DNA of 64,000 nucleotides from the human T2T-CHM13v2.0 reference genome, Homo sapiens. The position numbers and the translations under genes are program-made. The notes under the pieces are model-generated. The model was not told where the DNA came from. It saw only the letters and a list, made by a program, of their open reading frames with translations, and searched no databases. The DNA lies in assembly GCF_009914755.1 (NCBI RefSeq), contig NC_060939.1. One strand, written 5' to 3'. Positions 27,012 through 41,819 of this stretch are shown here, piece by piece; the stretch's first letter is position 1; the number at the start of each line of letters is the position of its first letter.

Positions 27012-30000
27012 TGTAACTGAGTGCAGGTCCAGCTGTTCTATGCATGCAAAAGCAATGACAAAGAGGACGTGCAGGGTCAAAGGAAAGTGACTTTATTTTT
27101 CAAATTCAGCAGTAGGGAAATGGCTGGATTACACCTCTATAGACCAGTTCAAAATTTTGGGCAGAGGGCAGGGGTTTAAAGAAAGGGAAGCGTGACGCAT
27201 TACATGGGAGGCATGCAGGTGATGTGCAGATTCAGGGAGTCTGTGTCTTACTCGAGACAGACTGATACCATCTTGATAGTTCCAGGCTGTAGATATCCAT
27301 CCTGAGGCAATCTTTAAGAGAGAGACAATTCCACAGCTGGGCCTTTATGTTTGGTTCATTTTAAATTAGCCTCTGGTATTTTTTGACAGGCATATAGTTA
27401 GATAAGTATGCATGGTGTGAGTTTAGCCAGCATACAGTTAGGTAAATGTGTATAAGGCATGGACGTGTACAGTGGGAAACCGAAGGGGGTGTGGTTCCAA
27501 AGTATATTTCATGGTTCTACTTGAAGACTAAAGCAATGGCTTCTGCAGTTTGCTTCAAGGTTACATCTTGAGACTGGGAAGAAAAAAAAGGAGAAAGAAA
27601 AAACTTAAATGTATTTTGAAGCTATATGACTCAATTACAATCCTTCACCATAAAAGACCATTCCATTTCCAAGGAAAGTGGCAACACAGTCCATCTAGCT
27701 TCTTCCTGCTGAAAAGGGGCACAGTTAGAGGGTATCAGATTGGAATCTGTTTACCTGGAGTTGGAAATATTCGTGGGTTCCCAGACTAATGTGAGAATGT
27801 GTTAGAGCATTATAGTGTGGGGAACCAAAAGTTTCTGGGAAAGTTTTTCCTGCATCTCCATACAGATCTTGAAAAGTGACAAAAACTACAGCAACCAAAC
27901 AGAACAGGGAGCAGAATACCAATTATACTGTATATGAGAGTCTTCCATGGACCTGGAAGTCGACTAAACCATGATATTGTGGGATCCTGGGAGAGGACAT
28001 TTATAGCAGAAATATGAGTATTCAGTGCATGCATAGCTTGGATTATATCGTGAGAATAATCTGGTGTATTTATGCACCATTCAGTCTTAATGCACAAGTG
28101 TCCCACTGGGCTGCAGTTAGGATATCTAAGGCCATGGGGTTCTATACAGCCACTTGTCTAATCTGCGAGTGTTTTCAGTGAGAAGGGTAATGTTGGGTTA
28201 GGTGTTATTACAGGCAGCAGCTCTATACTTAGGTTATCTACTTATAATTCTACATCTATGTTTGCTGTCTGGGAGGAAAAGACAGCTAGTGAGTAGAACC
28301 AACAGGGTGCCCATTTTTGATGGTGTTGTCTGTCCTTCACATTTTCCCAGTCGTCAGGGAGAGAGTCCAGATGGGACAGGATGTGTCCTGGTAGGTAAGG
28401 GCACCCCAGGTGTATCTGCCGGTCCAGCTGTAAGGTAAGTAAGACCAGCTATGACTGCCTCAGACCCATAGCTAACTCCAGGAGAAAGGATAGGCCCCAC
28501 CATGTAGCTTGATACTATTTTGCCATCCTAGCCACATATGATTAGTCAGTTGATGGGTTTGGCCACATTACTAAGAGGTAACCATCCCTTAGCCTGGCTG
28601 CTAGTGTGGGGTGTGTTGCTCTTGTGTTTTTGGATGTGTAGAGGTGCATGACCCATTGCCTGAATTTGCACCATCATCAGCCATCCTATGTTGTCATGTA
28701 CAGCATAGTCTATAGAGGGGGTGATATTAACCTGCTTATGAGCCAGATGGAAGATATGTTTCCAGGTTTCCCCAAAAGTGGAGCACTCATGGTGAGTGGT
28801 ACTGTAGTCATAGATGGGAAATGGGTGAGAATTCTTACTCTTGTCCTACGTATAAACATAACTCCAAGTGCTCGAGGTGCTTGCTTGGATGTGCAATGGC
28901 AAGTCAGCAGAGGAGAAAGGGGTACCTCCCCCACAGACCCAGCAGTCTGTTTCGTTTTGGAGGAAAGCCCCTGTCTACACCCATGCAGGTAGTTTCAGCA
29001 AAGATCAAGTATATACTTACTACTCTAGAATTTATTGAGAACTTCATGTTGATAAAAGTGTATCGCTTAACTCTCCTCCTTTTTCTCTTATTAATAACTT
29101 CAGATCTTTCCTTGGCTCACATAACCAGGTAGACATCTGAGTGAAGCCCACCTTTCAGTCTTTGAAGGGACTCAGCCCTTTGTACTATATCCCCTTTTTA
29201 GGAGGGCTACATTCCATCTTGGGATTGTTTGTAGTGCACAAGATGCATCCGTGTGTAATTTTCTGAATGATATCTTGGAATTGTGGGCTACTGAGATGTG
29301 GTTGCACTAGGTTGGCGAGGACATCACTCCCATAGTACGTTCCTTCATGTAGATGTTTTGAGATTGGATAAACCAAGGCCTTGGGGTTTCATCATCCTGT
29401 GAGTGTCAGTTTTCCAGGGGGAGTTGGAATCCCTTTTCTCAAACCCCTGGCTTGGGCACGTTTGGGATCTTGTTCGGTGTAATGGGGTTTAAAACCTAGT
29501 AATTCCAAATGGAGTATTCATGTCCCAGACCTGTGCCTCCCGAGCAGCTCATTTTGCAGCTTTGCCAGCTGCCTGGTTACCTTTGGTTGTGAATTATCTC
29601 TGGTGGTGGGGCAGTGCATGATGCAGTGGCAGGCAAGTCAGTTGCCTCTACTAGGGCCAGAATTTCTTTTGGGTGTTTAATGTCCGTATTTTCTCATTTC
29701 AAGCAGCCTCCTCTATGTTTCCAAAACACCCGATGGGCGTGCATTACCAGGAATGCATGTATGGAATCAGAATCCCTTTTTCTGGGACAGTTCTAAAGAC
29801 TCAAGTAAGAGCAATTAACTCAGCTCTTTGTGCAGAGGTAGCTGCCGGAAGGGTATGGACTTCTATTACCCTTTTGGTAGTCACGGTGGCACATCTGGCT
29901 CTGTGTACATCTTTCATTAAGCTGCTCCCATCAGTGTAGTTCAAGTCCAGAGCACTCATTGTCTAGTTTGACAGGTTCAGCATACTTGAATAAGCTGCAT

Positions 30001-30651
30001 CAAGGATTTAGAGTCATGCTTTAACCCAGGATTGTGTTCGGTGGCTGAGAGCAGTGTGGCAGGGTTTAGAGCCATGGTGGTTTGTAGGGTGATATTTGGA
30101 TCATGTAAGAGGATGGCCTGGTATCTGCCCACTCACCCCACAGTGAGCCAGTAGCCTCCTGTTTGTTCTAGCAGAGTCAGCACCTGATGGGGCACAAATA
30201 CGGTAACTGGCTGTCCCAGAGTAAATTGTTCTACTTCCTGTAGGACTTCACAATGTGTGCTCTTGCCCAGAGGAAGGGGAGCCATCCCTTAATCTTTGGT
30301 GTAATTGTTTAGAGAAATAGGCCATGGATTGTGGGGCATCTCCCAGGATTTGGATTAGCACACCCAGACCTATGCTTTGTTTCTCTTGGATATAGAATTT
30401 GAACAGCTTTTGGGAATTTGGTATCCCAGTGTGGGGGCTGATATCAGCTTTTCTTTGATGGTATAAAATGTTTGTTGACCTTTAGATGGCCAGAGAAGGG
30501 CCTCTGAGTCTAGTCCATTTAGGGATTCATAAAGGGTTTTAGTCATTAGTCCAAACTTAGGAATCGAATCTGGCAGAAGCTAACCCTTTCTAGGAATCCC
30601 CGCGGTTGCCCCCGTTCTCTGGGGCTTTATGGCTGCTATTGCCTGCTTTTT

Positions 30652-30686
<35 letters not shown>

Positions 30687-33600
30687 AGACCAGGCTCCTT
30701 TGGCCTTGCTTTAACCTAAAGCCAAGACAGGTTACTTTCTACTTACTTAACTTGGGGCTTCCTGGGAATACTTTGTATCCATATTGTACCAGGTGATTTA
30801 GAACTAAGATGAGGTCAGCTAAGCTTTTCCTATAGTTGTGGCTGCTATTAATTATCTATGTGTGGTAACCAGGCTTCTTAATCTTGTTGTAGGTCTCCTA
30901 AGTCTTTTGCCAGTATTTCCCCAAAAATTGTTGGTGCATTTTTTTTAATACATTGAGGCCCCACTGTCTAACAGTATTGAAAGGTTGTTTTAGTCTCTGG
31001 GTCCTGTCATTAAAAAAGTAATAATAATTGCTGGGTCTTTTCTTCAACTGGAATGCAGAACAAAACATCTTTCAGATCTAGCACTGAAAAGCATTCATAC
31101 TATCTATATATAGCAGTCAGTAGAGTATATGGGTTAGGCACCATTGGGTGAATATCCAAGACTATTTTATTAACGGCTCTCAGGTCTTAGGCAAATTGAT
31201 ATTTGTTGAAGGGTAGCTTCCTTACAGGCACGATAGGGCTATTATATGGGGATCTGCATGGATGAATCAATCTACTTCTGAAATTTTTGAAAGACTGTAT
31301 TCAAAAATTTGTATTCCTTCTAAGGCTGTATTCCTTCTAAGGCTTCCTTTCTTAATGTATACTGATTTTTTATTCGCCTCCCCCCCGCCACCCAGGGCAC
31401 AGTAGCCCCTTCTATTTTTTCTATGTGCACTCACTATGTATTTCTTGTTTTTCCTGGGATTCCGTCTGCCTATTCACAATTACACACTCTCTCATAGACT
31501 TCTAAGGGAGAATTCTTGTTTCTTCTTAAGGCAAGTGAATAACATGTTACTTGCAGTGCTTGCTCTAGCAGGACCTGCAGATTAGTTGTTTCTCTGGGGA
31601 TAAATTACTTGCATATTTAATTTGCATAATAGGTCTTTTCCCAGCAAGAGAATTGGGCATTCTTGCATATAGAAATAGCAGTGCCTTAGGTCCAAACTTT
31701 CTAGTTTGGATTCTAAAGGTTGTAGGAAAGCCTTTTGTTGCATTATTCTTGCAACTCCTATCACAGGTATGATCATTTTGGTGCTTTTTGCTCATAAAGT
31801 GTTAAAACTGAATAGTTTGCCCAGTATCAACCAGGAAATCAATTAACTTTTTCCTCACTGTCAGTTGTACCCAGGGTTCCTGTGGGGAAATTTTAATTGT
31901 CTCTGAGGGATTAAGGAGAGCCCCCAGGCATCACTGTCCGTGGTCAGAGCAGTGACCCTGCTCCATTATTTGACTGTGAGCTTCTTCCTCATCGTATTCC
32001 TCCTTTTTCTGGCCCCATGGTCCTTTCTTTTGGGACAGTCATCCTTTCAGTGGCCTTTCTCCTTACACTAGGCACACTGGCTGTGTTCCAGAGGCTTGCC
32101 TCGATTTTTCTGATGCAGAGCCTTCCTTGTTCATTCCACATTTATGGTTGAAACTTCTGTTTCTTTGTCTCTTGAGTGGGGAAGGGGCCATTCCTAGTGA
32201 GGCTTCCTGTTTTGGTACCCCTTTCCTGAGTCCAAACATGAAGAATGTTTGTGAATATTCCAGATGGGCCATGTCCCCTTATCAATTGGAGCCCCAATTA
32301 GGGTTTGCATCCAGAATGGTGCCTTCAGGTTTGGGGTATTTGGATTTGTTTCATGGAGGCACCAAGACTCTGGATCTTCTTTGGTCTGCAGCCAGAAGCA
32401 TATTTAGGAGAGACTACACATCTGCTCAGGTACACTGGTGGGTGGCACAGATAGACACATAGAGAGCAGTCATTTTCTGGGGATCCATTCTATAAAGTGG
32501 GGTGGAGTTTTTCCGTTTCACAAGTTAGATGTTGAAAATGGGCTGGATGTCCAGTAATGTCTGACAGGTTGCCCACTCGCATCCAAGCCACCCATGGCCG
32601 TCCTTGTAAATGGTAATTCCCTTGCTCCGGCCATGGCACTTCCTTGCTAAATCGTGTTCCCTGTCAAGCACTGGAGGGAGAGGCCATCTCTGTTCTCTTA
32701 TTATACTGAGGTGGCAGAGTAGCTCCCTCTTATTGGTCTGATGCCTCGCTTGGTAGCATCAAGGCAATCCGGGCCAATGCAGAGGCCAATGCTAAGGGCC
32801 CCATAGGGCTCCCACCGCAGTGGGAGCTGTTAGGGGTGGAGCAGAGGCCAGGTGCGTTCTGGCTGTGGTGGTTGGAGCTGCTAAAACAGCTTGGGTGTAG
32901 GACATTTAAAAGTCCTAATTCTTCTTCATTGCTTTCTGCCTGAGTTTGGCTATCTGGCTTGTGAAGAGTCCTTTTTCCATTCTGTCCCTTGGTACAGCTG
33001 GCAGCTGGCGTCTTCCCTCATGGTATGAATCCTGATTTTCAAAAAGCGTGCAGGCTTGGACATATGGTATTTTTTCTGATTTTCCAGACCTCTGACAAAA
33101 TGAGTCTAACTGCATTAAAGACTAGTATTGGTTGCGTCCGTTCAGAGGTCAAAATTTATAACCTAACTTGTCCACAGTCCAAACAGCACTGCAATAATAG
33201 ACGGTTTTTCTCTTAGTCAAGGGCTCATAGCTATAGGATCTACACTTAGCTAGGGTATGCCCCAGGGGCCTCCCAGAGGGGATAGAGACCTTGTTTCCCT
33301 CCTGACTTGGTTTCTATATCCATACTGCTCATTCCTGTTGAAACAGTGATGACAACTTTTATTTGTTGTCTGTCTTCTGTTCTACACTGCTCATATCCTT
33401 CAACCAGAGCTCTATGGGTTGGAAAGACTTTTCTAGCTTCTTATAAGTAGTGCAATTAGTACCACTCATGGTCCTAAAAGGAACACTTGTGCAAATCTCA
33501 CCACACAGCTGGGACAGCCAAAGAGATCAGAGAATAAACTCCTTGGGCAGCTAGTGGTTAGCACCAGCTAGCACAGCACTCCCCCACCACCGCCCCGCCA

Positions 33601-34600
33601 CGCCCCGACCGGCCCCAACAGCACATCAACTTCATCCCAGGTCCATGTTCTGCTGTACTTAGTACCCTAGTAGAGGGTAACTGAATGGCAACAAATTAAA
33701 TGGTAAATTAGGCACACAAAGAGGGCAGAGGGGTTGGAGTCAGGACTGCCTAAATACTTATCCCATATGCTGTTAAGCTTTTTTTCACATAAACAACATT
33801 AAGCACCATAAGCATGGTGGCAAGCCCTTTAGATAACCTATGGAATAGTTCGCATCCTTCCTTTCCCCAGAAAAACTGGCACTGTTGTGAGAAGTGCTCC
33901 AGGGCCCTAAAAAGAGTGACCCTGCTAGAGCAGTGGAGGCTGTTTCCCTCCAGGGCTGGATCCTGGATGGAGTGGGGCTTATGCAGATCACCTTGCAGAG
34001 GAAAGAAGGAAGAGGAGAGAGAGACAGAGATGGGGGCCTAAATGTAGATATTGTACACTTTTACAGTTGCAGATTCAGACTGCACAGTCCCGGACAGATC
34101 CCCACTAAAGGTCTGGGTAAAAGTCCTGAAACCTCCTCTCAATTTCAGATGCCCTCCCGCCAATCAGCTGACTCCAAGTGGAGCAAAGCCCAGGTCTTGA
34201 CATAGATACAGATAACATACACGCCCAGATGATGTCACAATCAGCTGTATCTAAACAGAGCAGAGCTCAGGTGACATCACAGAACAGGCAGAGGCAGTTC
34301 AGGGGTATTCTGGTTGCCTTACCCAGCTCTGAAGTCTGTCAGCCTCTTCAGATGTCACTTGCCATGTGGTAAGGAAGTGTAGTCAGCAGCTGGTGCAGTG
34401 GGAAGAAGAGAAAGGAAGTTCCCCAAGACAAAAACATCTCGGCAGGTAAAGAGAAATTCCCTAGAGCCCCTATCATGGGATCAGCTAGTTGGAAGCAGGT
34501 GGCATTCCTGGGTAGTTTCTTTCCCTTCCAGTGGCCAGGATGGTTAAGCCTTGGTGTGCTTGTGTGTCTGATTGCCCCATTCATTGGAAACCAGACCGAT
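27012..34600 (-). mobile_element. ERV1 (gamma/epsilon-like) provirus relic: 3' LTR 27012-27639, env, pol, pro, gag, leader; 5' LTR missing
   Basis: Env ISD *NPMALDILTAAQWDTCA.KTEWC..PD (about 28070-28160). Integrase HHCC relic (ORF 29185-29376). RNaseH YTDGSS (about 29921-29938). RT VLDLKDVLFCI (about 31052-31084). Protease FLVDTG (about 31820-31840). NC knuckle CA*CKEKGH*KDDC (about 32035-32080). Matrix QLDSFCQRSGK..IPYVQA. PBS-like TGGTTTCC at about 34585-34592. Confidence 0.92.
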
Positions 34601-34611
34601 GGTTTCAGGAA

Positions 34612-35490
34612 CTCTGAGTGTGTTGTTCCCCTCTATGTGTCCATGTGATCTCATCATTTAGCTCCCACTTATAAGAGAACATGGAGGTATTTGGTTTTCT
34701 GTTCCTGTGTTAGCTTGCTAAGAATAATGGACTGCAGCTCCATTCATGTCCCTGCAAAGACATCATCTGGTTCTTCTTTATAGCTGCGTTGTATTCCATG
34801 GTATATATGTGCCACATTTTCTTTATACAGTCTATTGTTGATGGACAATTGAGATTGATTCCATGTTTTTGCTATTGTGAATAGTGCTGCAGTGAACATA
34901 TGTGTTCAGGTGTCTTTATAACAGAGTGATTTATATTCCTTTGGATATATACTTAGAAATGGGATTGTTGGGTCAAATGGAAGTTCTGTCTTTAGGTCTT
35001 TTAGGAATCACCACACTGTCTTCCACAGTGGTTAAACTAATTTACACTCCCACCAACATTGTATAAGTGTTCCTTTTTCTCCACAATCTTGCCAGTCTCT
35101 GTTATTTGTTTGACCATTTGTTATTTCTTATATTTGACTTTTTAATATAGCCATTCTGGCGGGTGTTAGATTGTATTTGATGTTGTTTTTGATTTGCATT
35201 GCTCTAGTAATGAGTGACGTTGAGAAGATTCAAATAAATGCAATCTTGGTTTTATTTGATAAAACCTTGTTGATAAAAACAACAAGGGTGATATTACCAC
35301 CGACCCCACAGAAATATAAACAACCATCAGAGAATGTAATGAACACCTCCATGGACATAAACTAGAAAATCTAGAAAGAATGAAAAATTCCTGCACAAAT
35401 ACACCCTCCCAAGACTGAACCAGGGAGGAACTGAATCCCTAAACAGACCAAGAATGGCTCTGAAATTGAGTCAGTAATAAATAGTCTCAG
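34612..35490. mobile_element. Primate L1 fragment with inversion (minus 34612-35225, plus 35270-35490)
   Basis: 3'UTR/ORF2 end on the minus strand, then ORF2 sequence GATATTACCACCGACCCCACAGAAATA...CTCCCAAGACTGAACCAGG on the plus strand. Confidence 0.85.
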
Positions 35491-35928
35491 TGACAAATTT
35501 TTAAAATGCCACTTAGAAAATGTACACATAATTTTGTTCTATTCAGCAAATATATTTGTAACAATCAGTTTTAGGAAGGGTGTTAAAATATTTTATTATT
35601 TTTTCTCATTTAGCTTAATATTTTAAAAATATTTTTCTGCTGGCAACTATTTGTATCTCCATTTTCATTGACATAGTCAGTATATACCCACCTTCTATTA
35701 AATAATAGTGGATCAACTGATGTGTATTATTTTATACCGAACTTTGGCACTCTTGACATAATTCATATATGAATAGTCATCCAAATGTCTTGGCCAGTGA
35801 AGATGAGATTCATCCTCCAAGGTTGAACAGGAATATTCTTACCTGAAAGCAGCAAGCCGTACAAAAACAAGAAAATGGTAGAAGAAATTCAGGAGTCCCA
35901 CAAGCAGATGAGGATTCATTTAGGTCCT

Positions 35929-36848
<920 letters not shown>

Positions 36849-36959
36849 TATCTGCGTGACTTCTTGAAAGTTCTTTGATATTCTCCTGCAAACCTCCTGA
36901 TGTTCTCGTGTTTCTCAGATTGTAACATGTTACATGAATTTATTCTTTCTATCCCATGC

Positions 36960-39900
36960 CCTCTTTTATTGATGCATTCTGTCCTTTAAGTAGTGCATTT
37001 AGAACATTGACATTTAAATTGATTATTGATATAGTTGGATTAAAAATCTACCAAATTTGTTACTATCTTTCAGTTGTTGGTTTGTCTTTGTTCCTATTTT
37101 TGTATTTCACTCATTTTCTACCTTTTGTTGTTTTGAGCACTTTATATCAGTTCATCTCATTTCTTAGCGTATCTTTTTTTTTACCTTTTTAATGGCTAAT
37201 CTAGGTAATAATTTTATTCTTAATTAATCTAACAAAGAACAGCTTGTTAAAAACAATAGTAGTATGAATATATTTGATTAGATATGGTTAAATATATATC
37301 ATTGTGTGTGCATACATATATACATACAAATATTTATGTGCATTTATGCTTATATAAGTAAGATGAATAACTGCAATAAGTGATGGAATGAATGTGGGTT
37401 ATTCTGTTACTGTAAGGTGTTCACACTACATCTTATGTGATATATTGTTACTTAAAAGGGGGCTTGGATTAGTCAGAAACTTAAATTGCAAACTCTAGGG
37501 CAGCCTCAGTTCCTTGCTGGCTGTTGACCAGAGGCTGCATTCAGTTTCTTCCCATGTGGACTTCTCCCACGTGGCAGAATGCTCTATCAAAGCCATCAAG
37601 GCAAAGAGCTTGCTAGCAAGACAAAAAAGAAAAAAATCACAACTTTACGTGACATGATCAGTCGTGTGACATCTAATATTCTTGTATTATTGTGTTGTAT
37701 GAAAGCAAGTCACATTTCATGCCCATACTCACAAGGAGAGGATTACAATACAAGGTCATGCACCCTGGCAGGTGGGGATCATTGGGCACCATCTTAAGAT
37801 CTACCAGCCACATCAGGTCCTGTCTGATGTGCAACAGTTTCCCAGTCTTCGTTTATCTTGAAGAATCTGAGCCTCTAAGAAAAGAACTGGTCAGGTATTT
37901 TATAGGAATCATCACAATGTGGATTCATCTGATGATTTTTCATTATTTGAATAGAATTATAGACTTGTTTTGAACACCTTTATCTTAATTTGAAGATAAT
38001 GAAAACTCAACAACATATTATTTAGAAATATAAACCTAGACATAAAAATAATATAAAAAGGAAATGACAAAGAGGAAACTGAAAATAATAGTAACCTTCA
38101 TGGGGGTAAAAAATGCCATCAAACTGGGGAGCTGCACATTTGGGGCATCGACAATATTGATAATATTCAGTTTGTTAAGGTCAGCAGTTAATTTTTAAAA
38201 AAAGAAAAAAACTTTTCTATTTTATGTTAGCTTTGGACTTACAGAACAGTTGCATAGTCAGCATGGAGAGTTAATATGCAACCAACACAGAGTTTCCATC
38301 ATTATTAACCTCTTATATGAGCATGGGTATTTGCCACAATTAACACACCAACATTATGCATTCTCATTCACTGATATCCACATATTAATCAGATTTCTTT
38401 TTTTCCTACTTAATGTTTGTTTTCTGTTCTAGGATCTCTTCCAGGATAACACATTTAGATATCATGTCTCCTTAAGCTTTTTTTGTCTCTGCAGTTTCTC
38501 TGAATTTCCATGTTTTTCGTGGCATTGACATCCTCCATTTAGGATTTCTATGATTGTTTTTACTAACAATTAGACTGAAGTTGTAGATGTGGAAGAAGAG
38601 ACAGGGGTGAGTGTAATACTCATTATACCATGGGCATATATTCTCAAAATGCTTTTATCACTATTGATACTAATTTGAGCACCTGGATGAGGCAGTGTGG
38701 GTCCAGTTTCTCCACGGTAAAATTAATTTTCCCCCTTTCGATGTCGTACTTTTTGAAAAAAACGTCACATGCACAGCGCATACTTAACATTGGGGAATTA
38801 TTCTCCACCTCCTTAGGGCAGAACTTCTATAGTATCATTTGTATTTCATTACCATAGGCAATGTATCTGTTCTCCAGCATTTATTTTACATTTATTTAAT
38901 CAATTATTTATATTATGTGGAATATTGGCAAATAATAAATATTTATTTCCACTGTGATTAGACTAGTTTATTGTATTGTTCAAATTGCGCTAGTGCTGGT
39001 CATTAGAAAGTCCTTTCAGTCAGCTGCTTTACCACTTTGAAATACCCATATTATTGCTATTTGATTTGGTTTGTGTAGTGTGTTGGTTGGTTGTGTTGTT
39101 TAACTTTTTCTTACTTTCTGGCACTACGAGGTACTTAAGCTTAATAGTGTTGATTCCCTTCCCAGCCACGCCATTAACCATTTTCCCGCAAATTCCTAGT
39201 TCCTTTTTCGGTGAATGGCATTAGAAACAAAGGTCTCGGCAATGGTGTTGTCATTTCTGCTAGGCGTCTGTTAATTCTATGCTTTGTCATCTGACAGAGC
39301 AAAGGATTATATGTATGTATGTAACTCACACTCACATACGTATATGCATTTCTACAACATTTCTCCATTTATTCCTATGTAAAGTTCAGCATGAATTCTT
39401 ATTAATGTTTCCAGCACCTGTGATCTAATTCAAGACCATATGAATCAATTTCCCCATTCCCACTACTTGTATGTAACCTCCCACGCTAACAGTGAGATAG
39501 TTGTCCTCCTTTATATAATCAATGAGTCCAAAATACATGTAGAGTAGTTTTAGAATTGTAAATTCATACCCCCATGGGAAAGAATGTTTCTAACTAAAGA
39601 AGACAATTTATGTACGGATACTTTGACATTTAAACTGAGAATCTCTCCTTATTTTTATATTTCTTAGGTTGTTCCCCTTGCCCCCAAGTGTCTATTTCTT
39701 TTTGACAATATTTTAAATGGAAGTGTTTTCTATGTTTTACTTTAGATTAACTGACAATATATAGAAGTAGAATTGATTTTTATTGCCCTAGTATACTAAA
39801 GTGTTAGTGAACTCATTTTTTGGTTCTAATCTTATTTTAGTGATTTCCTTAGGATTTTTTCTTATTATTATTATACTTTAAGTTTCAGGGTACATGTGCA

Positions 39901-41700
39901 CGACGTGCAGGTTTGTTACATATGTATACATGAGACATGCTGGTGTACTGTACCTATTAACTCATCATTTAGCATTAGGTATATCTCCCAATGCTATCTC
40001 TCAAAGAGAAACCAGCATCAAAGTGAACAGGCAACCTACAGAATGGGAAAAAATTTTTGCAACCTACTCATCTGACAAAGGGCTAGTATACAGAATCCAC
40101 AATGAACTCAAACAAATTTACAAGAAAAAAACAAACAACCCCATCAAAAAGTGGGTGAAGGATGTGAACAGACACTTCTCCAAAGAAGACATTTATGCAG
40201 CCAAAAAACACAAGAAAAAATGCTCATCATCACTGGCCATCAGAGAAATGCAAATCAAAACCACAATGAGATACCATCTCACACCAGTTAGAATGGCGAT
40301 CTTTAAAAAATCAGGAAACAACAGGTGCTGAAGAGGATGTGGAGAAATGGGAGCACTTTTACACTGTTGGTGGGACTGTAAACTAGTTCAACCATTATGG
40401 AAGTCGGTGTGGTGATTCCTCAAGGATCTAGAACTAGAAATACCATTTGACCCAGCCATCCCATTACTGGGTATATACCCAAAGGATTATAAATCATGCT
40501 GCTATAAAGACACATGCACACGTATATTTATTGTGGCACTATTCCTTAAGATGTTCTATACACAGGATTATGTCATTCATGAATAGAGATAGCTTAACTT
40601 CATCCTTTTCATTCTAGAAGTCTTATATTTATGTTTCTTGCCTAATTACCCTGGCTGCATGTTCCAGTACAATACTGAATAAAAGTAGCAAGAGCATACA
40701 TCCTTGTCCTGTTGCTAATTTTTTGAAGAAATTACTGAAACATTCATCATATGTTGTGTTGTTGTGTGAGTTTTTCATAGATGCCCTTTATCACTTAAGA
40801 AAATTTCCTTCCATGCCTAATTTGCTCAGCCTTGTTATCTTGAATGTGTTTTGGATTTTTCAACTGCTTATTCTGTATCTTTAGAGATAATTATGAAGCT
40901 TTTGTCCTTCATTCTATTAATATAGTGTATTACACTAATAGTTTTTTTATGTTTAAGAAAACATATTTCAGGGACAAATGACTTTGCTCATAATGTATAT
41001 TTTTATTAGGCTACAGGTTTATTTTGATAGTATTTCCTTCAGAATTTTTGCCTCTGTTTCATGGGGCGTATTTGTCTGTAATTTTCCTTTCTTGAAATCT
41101 CTTTGTCCAGTTGTGCTATCAGGGAAAACGGGCTTCGTGCGGCGTATTGGGAAGTGTTCTCTACTCCTCTGTTTTTATAATTTTTCTTGAAAGATTAGTT
41201 AATAAGGGATTGTTATTAATTCTCAAAGGGGTTAGAATAATTCACCAGTGAAGTCATCACAACCTAGAAAAAAATTGAATCCTACCAACACTAACATGAG
41301 CTGGGAAAGGGATCCTTCCCCAGGGGAGGCTTCACTTGAAACCTCAGCCTGGGACATCTGACCCAGAGAAAATGTTAAATAATATTTATGTGTGGGTTTG
41401 AACATCTAAGCTGTTCGGTTATATGTTATACAGCGACCTATAGGTAATATGCCTGACAGTAAATGTAATTAAATTCTAGAACAGAAAATGACATCAGTGG
41501 AAAACCTGGCAAAATATTAAGAAAGTCTGTATTTCAGTTAATAGTTTTGTACCACTGTCAATTTCTGAGTTTTCATAAATACATTCTGGTTACATAAGTT
41601 GTTAACATTTCAGGAAGCTGTAGATTATGTAAAACTGTATTATCTTTGCAAGTTTCTGTAAAACTAAAATTATTTTCAAATAAAAATGTTCTTAAAATGT
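36960..41700. repeat. Ancient duplication scaffold, copy B
   Basis: Colinear with copy A. Ends with MLT1 (about 41270-41450) and TTCTAGAACAGAAAATGACATCAGTGGAAAACCTGG, as at 23637, 50282 and 63922. Confidence 0.85.
39861..40541 (-). mobile_element. L1PA insertion with 5' inversion
   Basis: Minus 3' tail 39861-40000 joined to a plus ORF2 segment 40001-40541 ([13 protein letters not shown]...). Flanking repeat TTCCTTA(G/A)GAT at 39845 and 40542. Confidence 0.92.
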
Positions 41701-41819
41701 ATTATTTAGGAACAAAAAAAAATACCAACACAGATGGACATAAACAACAAGAAACCTTGGATCAGAGGATGAGTGGAGATGCAGGGAGTGAAAGGCAAAG
41801 TACTTGCCTTATTATCCCC

